Below the pieces are notes generated by a model, which was not told where the DNA came from, searched no databases, and saw nothing but the letters and a program-made list of their open reading frames with translations. A stretch of 64,000 nt of DNA, taken from Octopus sinensis. Lineage: Eukaryota. The stretch lies in the NCBI RefSeq assembly GCF_006345805.1, contig NC_042999.1, positions 79,174,001-79,238,000 on the forward strand, given 5' to 3'. Both the position numbers and the translations under genes were made by a program. Below, piece by piece: positions 53,662-64,000 of this stretch (the first letter of the stretch is position 1; every line of letters begins with the position of its first letter).

Positions 53662-54560
53662 GTACATATGTATGTATGTGTCTGTGTGTATATACATATG
53701 TACATATGTATATAAAACACGTATATAATCATGTATATAATCAACAATGTTACTGCTGACGCAGCCATGATCACTCAACAACGAAAGGCACTATACATAG
53801 GTGTTTGACCTTCGAGAAATAATAATGAAATTTCCCTGATACCACATATTGCCATCTTAAAAAAGAAGATGAGATATCATAGTATTAAATACATTCTACC
53901 TTGAAAAGAAAAGTGGGTTGGTCGCAGTTGTATTGCATTTGTTTATCTACTTATGACAGCTCGACCAGGATTAAGCTAATGACTAAACAATACTACTTTG
54001 ATCATAGTACTATGACTATACAAGTAAAGAAAAGAAAGAGTTGCTATACGAAAGTGATACATATGAAAGTTTCCTCGTAATTGTCTGAAAGATAAGAAGT
54101 AGCAGCTAATTTTCTTTAAAATTACTCCCCAAAAAAGAAAGGGAGAATCATGAATCCAGATAAACACCGTCTTGGATAGATTAAACATTATATCTTGAAT
54201 AAAGAAGTGGAATGTTCCCCGCTTCAACACTTTTGATTTTGGTTTGCTCAATCAATTTGGTGTTGGGGGCTGAACAACAAGAACACCGACAACAAAAGTA
54301 ACCACTATCACCAATATTCCCATAACCCGCTACTATCATAGCTTAGTATCAAAACAAAGAAAAAGAAAAAAAAGAAGCGAGCACCTCGGTTAACCTCCAC
54401 CCTCAACACCCGAGAACTAAAGCAATGTAAATAATTCAGAAAAGAAAAAATGCACAAATAATTTGGAAGGCATGTAATAAAACAAGTGGGTATTAACCGT
54501 TTATAAAAACTAAAAATAATGAGGTTGTATGTACGTGCGTCTGCGTGTGCGTGCGTGCGG

Positions 54561-54645
<85 letters not shown>

Positions 54646-55952
54646 CATCTAATAAAATAAACAGAAGAGGTCATCCTTCAGGTGTATGGGAAACTAATGA
54701 AAGGAAGCTATTGTTTTCAGTAGACAGGTCAGTGGAGTTTAATGTTTGTTATTTAGTGACCCTGCGGGCAAATATTAACCTAAGCATATGTTTGTTTGTA
54801 CAATGGATGGACATAACTTAGCCTTCTCGGTAAGTCAAGACCCGAAGACCAGAGACCAAACGGATGGCTTACATATGTGTATGCGTGTGTGATCGTCTGT
54901 TAAGTTGAGATTATTTTTTTAAAGATAGCTTAAGGATAACAACGGAACATTTGTTCATGGAAGGACTCGATGTTACGAGCAGAATAAAATACATTGAAAA
55001 GTTCAAGTTGCCTGGAATTCTACAAGAAATTTGATTCTACTTTCAATATTGATTCTTTCCATCAGCAATGTTCCGACGTTATGCTTATATTAGCTACAAT
55101 ATATATATTTATGTAAAGACGTAATGCATAGGTACATATACACAAGCATGTGTGTATGTATGTATGTATGTATGTATGTATGTATGTATGTATGTATGTA
55201 TGTATGTATGTATGTATGTATGTATGTATGTCCTTGCTCAATTTTATTTCAAGATTTCTTGCCAATAGACAAAGAGTCGGTTTCTAACCCAGATCCAAGG
55301 CTCATTCATTGGAATTTCAACATCAACAACAGGATATGTATGTATGTATGTATGTACGTATGTATGTACGTATGTATGTATGTATGTATGTATGTATGTA
55401 TGTATGCATGTATGTATATGCCCAGATTTTGCTTTATGTATGTATGACATGCTCATATATATATATATATAAGTGATAAACACCTAGACAGTTTTACAAA
55501 TTTCTAAACTTCCAGTGATGGACTGGATCTGTAGTCTTCGAATTAGCTTCCTCCTTTCTGATTTTGAGAAAAGTAATTTCTCAAGACTAGATGTACTCAA
55601 TGACACCTGGTGAGTATCGTTTTTAGTTATTGTACCTGGCATCTCACATCTAGTTATTCAAATTTCACGATCTTGTTGATTTAGATATGATCTCTCTCTC
55701 TCTCTCTCTTTCTCTTTATGCACACACACACACGCGCGTGCGCGCGCGCGGCTGATCTAAATGATTAGGTACGCTACGTAAGTGGTGTAACGGGTTACTA
55801 GGGTTCCAAGGTTGTAGCCGAGACGGTAGTTATGGAGCCATTGCAGATTTCCGATATAGTGAATATATAATTGTTAAAGGGGACAACAAACGTTAAGGCA
55901 AGGCGAACATCTCTCAAGTCATATACATTATTATTATTGGAAAAAATTCAAA

Positions 55953-56008
55953 GCTTTACAGCTGTTTCTGGGATGTCCCAGAGTATGGCATATTTTGTCA
56001 TCAGAGAC
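55953..56008 (-). ncRNA. Decayed hammerhead motif (left arm of the 55864-56374 foldback)
   Basis: Minus strand reads GUCU CUGAUGA caaaauaugccauacucUGGGACAUCCCA GAAA CAGCUGU A AAGC. The core and palindrome are intact, but the 5' half of stem II and stem I are degraded. Confidence 0.5.
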
Positions 56009-56231
56009 AAATAGGGAAAATGAGAAGGGTATAGATTAATGAAATGACGACATAGAGGATACTAATAAAGGAATAAGGAGATGAAGAGAGAAAAGAAAAA
56101 AGAAGAATAAAAATTCAGAACTGAACTTTTATGCTTCTTTTTTTCTCTCTCTCTTCATCTCCCTAATTTTTTTACACTCTTCCTCTATGTCGTCATTTCA
56201 TTAATATATATCGTTCTTATTTTCCCTATTT

Positions 56232-56287
56232 GTCTCTGATGATGGAATTTCCCAAACTTTGGGACATCATAGAAACAGCTGTAAGAC
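56232..56287 (+). ncRNA. Type I hammerhead motif, long partly decayed stem II
   Basis: GUCU | CUGAUGA | UGGAAUUUCCCAA ACU UUGGGACAUCAUA | GAAA CAGCUG U | A | AGAC. The core is intact, stem I is 4/4, stem III is the 8-nt palindrome ACAGCUGU and the cleavage triplet is GUA. Stem II has 3 mismatches near its base. Confidence 0.62.
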
Positions 56288-56368
56288 TTTGAATTGTTTC
56301 CAATAATAATAATGTATATAACTTGAGATGTTTGCCCTGCCTTAACATTTGTTGTCCTCTTTAAGAGT

Positions 56369-56414
<46 letters not shown>

Positions 56415-56620
56415 TACTTGTTTCAGTCATTTGACTGCGGCCATGCTGGAGCACTGCCTTTAGTCGAGCAAATCGCCCCCGGGACTTATTCTTTGTAAGC
56501 CCAGTACTTATCCTATCGGTCTCTTTTGCTGAACCGCTAAGTGACGGGGACGTAAACACACCAGCATCAGTTGTCAAGCAATGCTAGGGGGACAAACACA
56601 GACACACAAACACACACACA
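56415..56620 (-). mobile_element. SINE family C, 3' half
   Basis: ttgtttcagtcatttgactgcggccatgctggagca...gacggggacgtaaacacaccagcatc. Confidence 0.8.
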
Positions 56621-56621
56621 T

Positions 56622-56652
<31 letters not shown>

Positions 56653-59197
56653 CAAATACACAGAGTATGATCTAAGTTTGGTGTATTATGTTATGTGCCT
56701 TTAAATGCCAGTGTAGAATAGTAAATATTGCTATACCTAAATAGAATGTACATAATATTCACTTTTTACTGCGAAACAAACTCAGACCTCTTAATAGAAC
56801 TCTGGACATATTAATAAAAATTCCATATTTTCATTTTTCGCTTCGTTTTGATTCACGAGTTTGGGAAAATGCTCGTCGTATTAGTGAGGCAGCGGAGAGA
56901 AGTCGGAGCGATTTTGCGAAGTATTTAATTCGAAGACTTTTCTTCGTGTTTAAAGGATATACACCTAATTGTTATGGCATGTGATCGACCACTGGGAATA
57001 AACGAATGTGAGTATACTACGGGAAGTCATTCTAATAGTTTTAGCTTTTGACAAGAGGATCTTGATTATTACGACTCTGTCCTTTAAACCGAATCTTCCT
57101 GTTGAAACTAATTTAGTATGCTCATTCTAATAACGTTGTTTTTTTTTTAAAGGAGAGACCTGCTACACCTATCAGTCTAAATAAGGCTTTAGTTTGTTAA
57201 ATTTTACACTGACAACTACATGCACAACTGCACAGGCTGTTGTTTACAAGAGTATTTATAGCAGCAGTTGTAGGAATTAATCGCAGAATCTCACAGAAAT
57301 TCAACAACCAGTTCTCTTATTATGATATAGCAATATTTGCATAAAATTATTACAATTCTCATACCTGCGGAAATGTTGTTACTAAACATATTAAAGTGTG
57401 TTTAAAAGAAAGCCATGTACCTAATCTGTAAAGAGCCAATTACCAATATTCTGCAGTCCCTGAAAAGTTCACAGGCGTATTGTCTTATGATTCAGCTTAT
57501 TACATCACAGCTATAATGACCTCCGTGGCTCTGAACTGACTCTTTGCAATAACATCGCCACCCATTCTCTTCCTTTATGTACGTTTCCTTACCCCTCATT
57601 GTTTCTTCCGCATTTCACCTCAGACTCCCGGTAGTATTAGATATATTTCTTACCTTTCCTTCCCAAAGAGCAACCTTCCAAAACTCTTTCAGCACTTACA
57701 TTTATGCTGTAGAAGTAAACCTATAGATATTCAAGCTGACCATAAAGCTATAGATATTCAAGCTAACCCTCATTAATGTCGAATGTCCTGACCGCTTCCT
57801 TATCTTAACTAAAACATAAAAACATCCAAGTGACACAAATTCCGGCTGATCTCAAGCATAATTCTTATTTTCTTTCATTTTATCTGCGAATAATAATTGA
57901 TTCATTCCATAGGCAAGCAACTAGCTAATGGGAAGCCTCTGGAGAGTCGCTCAACCTACTAAAGATAGCGCAAAAATATTCTTCGGCTCACAGCAATAAC
58001 AATGACTTAGGTAGAAGGCAACTCACAACCAGAACAGGAATTGTTGTTACCAATGATGTCTAACTCCAGCATTAAATCTATTTCAGATAAAATCTATACA
58101 AAACTTCCTTAATGTTTTGTTCCCTATCATATTAAAGAAGTTAAGGAATTAGCTGAAGGAGAATTAAATGCTAGCAGTCCGAGGAATTGTATAGAGGCTC
58201 GCTTGTTTGTTTTGCTGCTGCCATTGTCTTCCTCGATGCTGTTGATTGGACCATATCTTCCCTGAACAAGCAAATATATTCTTGTCGTGAACATCCTTTC
58301 TGTGCAAGAATCTCTATGCCAAACTATCCAACGTGTCTTTTTATAACACAATACGACTTGATTTGAGAAAAAATTTACTTTTATTTGTAGCTGGTCAACA
58401 TGTCATTCAAAGCCCCACTTCCTTCAAGCTAATGTGGCGATACTGTTTCCTTTCTACCACGGAGTCAGTCACCAAAAGTTAATCATTCTCAGTAATTGAT
58501 TCATCGATCACCTTCGTACATTCAGTTCTTGATACACAATGTGAAGCTTATTTCGTTTTTATTTTTATTATATCCACTATTGACCACATCATTCCCTTTC
58601 ACTTACCATCCGGAAGTGGGGTACAGTACTACCGGAAAGAAAGACAGAGGAAGTGACGTGGCAATTGAATGAAACAACAATGCTATTAACAGCAATATTT
58701 CCCCTTCTTTTTTTAAAAAACAGAAAGAAAGAAAGAAAAGACTTAAATTGAATAAATTGAAGTTAAGAAAATATTAGAAAATAAAAAAAAAACAGAGTTT
58801 GAACTTAAAAATCATTTTCCTGGAATGAACCAACAGAATTATGCTGGTAGCATATAACTAGGCTATGTTGACATGACATACCTAAAATCCTATGGGAAAT
58901 CTTTCCCTTCTCATGATGAGTTTGCAAATCTCACAAAATATTCGTGACTTCCTCTCTTTCAATAAAGACAATAAAGAGACAAAATGCAAACACCCACTTG
59001 CATATCTACACACAGACACACACACACACATACCAATAAATACATACATACATACTACGCACATACTTACACACGCATACAAGAAGATTACCTTTAAACA
59101 TTTATAGATCAACAAATACATTTATTCATATCCACACAGTATTGAATGTACATATATGCACATAAACGCACGTAAAACACACACTGAAAGAATGACA

Positions 59198-59278
<81 letters not shown>

Positions 59279-59810
59279 TAGATTCACATGTCTGCAAACA
59301 CACAGAGACGTGTGTGGCGTTCCGGCAAATTACAAATAAGCATGAATACAAATATTTACACCAACATACAAATAATAATACAAACATATACGCTCGGAGA
59401 AATATACAAAAAAAATATGAAAGCAACAGAAACAGCCACACACACATATACGCACATACCCATACTTACAAATCTTTCTCCAAAATAAGAGTATTTCTAT
59501 GGTATGTATGTGTGAGTATGTATATGAGTGTAACCAGAGAACAGGAGGAAGTTATCCTCAAACAGTCGGCCTGCTAGCAATAGTGTGACACTGCTGAAGT
59601 CACCCAAGGACCAAATGGTGTTTAGTGCTAAACCCGAATGACGGACTCAGTAATCAACAAGCAAATTAATTGTAATAAATTTCAGTATAAGATGTAGTTT
59701 GTCTAAAATCTACTCACGCACATACCTTATGAACTAAAATGACTTGAACTGAACAAAATTGTTTGTCTTTATCTCTTTGTTAAAAATGTCTTCTTTATTT
59801 CTTATTTTTT

Positions 59811-59988
59811 TTACATATTTCAGTCATTAGACTGCGGCCATGCTGGAGCACCGCCTTGAAGAGTTTTTAGTAGAATTAATCGATCCCAGTATTTACTTTT
59901 TTAAGGCCTGGTACTTATTCTATTATTGTTTTTTTTTTTTACCGAACCGCAAAGTAACGGGGACGTAAACACACCACCACACCAACAC
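59811..59988 (-). mobile_element. SINE family C, 3' half
   Basis: tttcagtcattagactgcggccatgctggagcaccgcc...aacggggacgtaaacacacc. Confidence 0.8.
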
Positions 59989-60154
59989 ATAAAGATGTCG
60001 ATGAAGGTTAAATGGATTTCATTGAATCAATTTAACCTTCATTGCACTATTGAAAAATAAAAATAATTCTTCGGGAGACGAATCTTTAGTTTGCAATGGA
60101 AAGAACCAATGAACGAGCAACTCTCTCTCTCTCTCTCTCACCCCACATGCTCTC

Positions 60155-60196
<42 letters not shown>

Positions 60197-60586
60197 TCTC
60201 TCTCTCTGTCCCTCTGTCTGTCTTTCTGTCTTTCTGTTTGCCTCTGTCTTTCTCTCTTACTCTCTATGTATGCATACACACACACACACACGCACACACA
60301 CATCTCAAGCATTCACATGCGCGTTTGCGTGAGTATCTGTTAACATACAGTCACACATTAAGTTATCAAACTTCACTGGATGATGAAATATTCGACAGAG
60401 TCCGCTTAGAGTGTATTATTTATACGCAATGTATTATTTATATGCAACACCTTACTGCTCTCTGATCCACCTACATATACATATAGGGGATACAAACTTC
60501 GGTTAGGTACACTTCACACACATATACATGCATAAACACACATAAATTTATGCATATATATATGCATACACTTATCCACCAACTTG

Positions 60587-60646
<60 letters not shown>

Positions 60647-61185
60647 GAATCTATAAATATATATATATAAATATATATATGTATATTAGGACACACGTGC
60701 TGACGCACAGACATATGCATACACACACAGACACACTCATACGCATATTTAAAACACCCACCCACCCATGCATACAAGCATACATATATACATACTTATA
60801 TAAAAACAACATAGACATGCATACATACATATATATACAGAGGGAGAGACATACATACAATCCATAGAAACATATGTAGACATATATCAACATATACCTC
60901 GGCAATGGCTGTCAGCGTTTAGTTTCCCTAATGACCCCTTTAAATGGATCGAGCTGACGCATTATTTGACAGGAACGAACCGAAATGGGAAGGTAGGTAT
61001 TAAGGTATATGGCACAAAAAAATAAAGGGGGCTCTTCGTAAGAATCACCTTTGACATCTTGACATTTGACATTCGAGTGACAAGACAAACTGAAGAGCTG
61101 ATTGGTGGCATCTGCTTTCTTCCTTGCATGACAGCCGTACATTTATTTGCTATTATTTAACATAGATGTATGCATATGTATGTGC

Positions 61186-61269
<84 letters not shown>

Positions 61270-61467
61270 AATGTATGCACAGACATACACACGCATACAT
61301 GTAAACACTTGAATGCAAAAGTATATGTATGTATGTAGATATAGTCATGTATCCACACATGCATCTGTATGTAACTATGTGCGCACATACATAGATACCT
61401 GAATACCTGAGTACATACATGAATAAAACAAAATGCAAGTACCTGGCAGGCTAGAAATAGCTGCCAG

Positions 61468-61680
61468 AGCACCCACAAACCACGTTTCAGGGTTGGGGAA
61501 ACATACGTAGGTGTTAACGTTATCCTAGAATCTATATTATGTTGATAAACAACGTTTGTTTGGTCAGGAATGGTCAGCACCCACAAACCACGTTGGGTTG
61601 AGGAACCGTACGTAGATGTTAACGTTATCCTAGAACCCATACTATACTGACAAACAACGTTTGGTTGGTCAGGACTGGCT
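61468..61680. repeat. Diverged 108-bp tandem duplication
   Basis: agcacccacaaaccacgtt...tgttaacgttatcctagaa...aacaacgtttg.ttggtcagga starts at 61468 and at 61576. Confidence 0.88.
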
Positions 61681-62096
61681 TTGATTATAGTTCTACTCTA
61701 TCGAAGATTGCCTGGGACTTTGCTTCCTGGCTACATCGACTTGTAAGTTAGCCGACCATCAGCATGCCGCAGGGTTTTTTTTAGTCTCATAAATATTATC
61801 GTTTTAGGGATCCAGGATAGGACTGAGTTTATGTACTGGCAATCTTTATATCATTGTTATTTTTAGTTTTAAACGATGTTTTATAATCAGCTACCTTTCA
61901 GTTTGTTAACGAACCGGAAGTGAAGTGGTAGTGTAGCAATTTGACATAATAATACCACTAAAATATCTGGAATGGAATGGCTTGTCGAAAACATGCACAT
62001 GCAACAATAATTCTTTTAATTAATATAGCATATAAACACACACACACACATATATATATATGCACACACACACCACATATATATATATACATATAA

Positions 62097-62148
<52 letters not shown>

Positions 62149-62710
62149 GCACACACACACACACACACACACGACACATACGTACACATATGAAGAGAGA
62201 GACAGAGAAAGAAAGGAAGTGAGAAAGGAAAAAGAAAGAAAGAAAGAACGAAAAGAAGGAAATATATAAATATATAAAGAAAGACTGAAAGACTGAATGA
62301 ATGAAAGAAAGAAAGAAAGAAAGAAATAAAAAAGAAAGAAAGAAAGAAAAAAAGAAAGAAAGAAAGAAAGAAATGCTGGTCATGGATCTTCAGTGCCGAG
62401 AGAGTTGAGCAGTGGAGGAAAATATGCGATTAGAAAACGATTAGGTGTCTGACACCGCACATGCAGAGATATATATATATAGATATATTTGTTCTTTTAT
62501 GCATTTCAGCCTAAATGCTATGTCCATACAAGGGTATGTGTATGTGTCTCTATGTATGAACATCTATATATGTACATTTATGTATGCACACACTCGCGCG
62601 TGCATACATATGTTCGTCCATTGTTGAATATTTTATGTTAATAAGTTATATTTAAAATAACCATAACAGATGAAGTTAAACTCTATTTCTTTACCACTCT
62701 TGCCGGTTCT

Positions 62711-62770
<60 letters not shown>

Positions 62771-62999
62771 TTTCTTATTCATTGTCTTAGAGTTTCAGAG
62801 AAAATGCTCTGCGGAATTTGTTGCAGTTCTTTATAATCTGAGTTCAAAGCCCTCCAAGATCATCCTTGCCTTTCACTCATACGGGATAGATAAAGGATCA
62901 AATACCAGTTAAATACGGTCACATTGTGCAACTAATCCTTTTCCTTAAAATCTATTGATGTACTTTATTCAGAATCCATTTATATTCTTTTTTACTCCT

Positions 63000-63330
63000 T
63001 TACTTGTTTCAGTCATTAGACTGCGGCCACAAAAGATTTTAGCCGAATGAATCGACTCTAGAGTTGTTTTGTTTTTTAAAAATGTTTCTATCGGTTTCTT
63101 TTGGCGAAATTCTAAGTTACGGGGGCGTAAACACACCAACGCCAGTTGTCAAGTTGTGTGTGTGTGGTGGGATAGAAACAGACAGACACACACACATATA
63201 CAACGGGTTTCTTTCAGTCTCCGTCTACCAAATCCACTCAGAAGGCTTTGTTCGGCCCGAGGATATAGTAGAGATCTCTTGCCCAAGGTGCCATGAAATG
63301 GGACTGAACCCGGAACCATGTTGTTGGGAA
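63000..63330 (-). mobile_element. SINE family C, near full length
   Basis: Both the tail (ttgtttcagtcattagactgcggcc) and the reverse-complemented head (gcccaaggtgcca...gggactgaacccggaaccatg) are present. Confidence 0.8.
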
Positions 63331-64000
63331 ATGTGTATATAATATGAAATATATATTTTCTTCTGTGTTTGAGGGACAGTTCAGCATAATATTTAATGAA
63401 GTATATAAAATATTTAAAGCATTTCACATTATCGTATTACAATTATAAACAACAGAATTTCCATTTTATTGGATGATAATATTTTACATACCAAAACGAA
63501 ATTTCCTCCATGTCTCGGAGAGAAAACACTGAGCATTGTGAGAAAAATAATTTATGGAACAGAAGATAACCATCGATAAATGAAAAATGGTGGTGTAAAA
63601 AGAAAAAAAAAAACGAAAGGTGTCTTAATGATTCATAAATGACGCACTCATGAGCACATGTATATATACATATATTCTTTTTGAGCCTATGTATGTGTGT
63701 GTATATGTATCCATGTGTGTATAGATACATGTATATAGATACATGTATATATATATATATGTGTGTGTGTGTGTCTATAGACATATGTACGTACTTAAGT
63801 ATATATTTACTTAAATATGTGTATGTACATATGCCACAGTATTTATATATCTCTACTCACACAAACACTCTTCTTCAGTTTCCCTTCTTTTCTGGTTTGT
63901 ATTTTGTCTTAGCTTCTTTCTTTCTTTCTTTCTTGCATATCCCCATCCCTTTCGCAATACAGAAAATAATACGTACGTGCACACATGCACACACATACCC

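Larger units (their letters stand above)
55864..56374. repeat. ~511-bp foldback palindrome carrying one hammerhead motif per arm
   Basis: The left end tatataattgttaaaggggacaacaaacgttaag is the reverse complement, with few mismatches, of the right end cttaacatttgttgtcctctttaagagttatata. Pairing continues inward to ttcag-aa-ctgaa centred at ~56119. Confidence 0.92.

Overview
This is AT-rich, microsatellite-saturated eukaryotic genomic DNA. The SINE and repeat content is typical of an octopus (coleoid cephalopod) genome, which is an inference. The only supported protein-coding gene is a minus-strand ARID3/dead ringer (Bright family) transcription factor. Three internal exons (28056-28239, 16544-16752, 994-1227) have canonical GT-AG sites and splice in frame to give the C-terminal ARID core, the extended-ARID helix and a region resembling the start of REKLES. 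Its 5' and 3' exons appear to lie outside the window. The remainder is intronic or upstream DNA containing at least four tRNA-derived SINE families, three mariner-type MITEs, degenerate LINE fragments (Hero-like and R4/Dong-like restriction-like-endonuclease clades, and CR1/L2-like RT) and Penelope-like termini. The main unannotated signal is a set of nine minimal type I hammerhead-ribozyme motifs from several sequence families (one is only a 3' half, and several are decayed). Every one has a self-complementary stem III, which is the dimer-cleaving form. Four of them sit as outward-facing pairs in two long foldback palindromes (13735-13942 and 55864-56374). The first pair has a compensatory G3-C8 swap in the catalytic core. 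Also notable are a twin-priming-type 5' inversion in a Hero-like retroelement, a 594-bp near-perfect tandem duplication, and a 26-nt exact copy of exon sequence inside the adjacent intron. Nearly all ORFs in the supplied track are microsatellite artefacts. All structure assignments were made by eye, and no database searches or folding programs were run.
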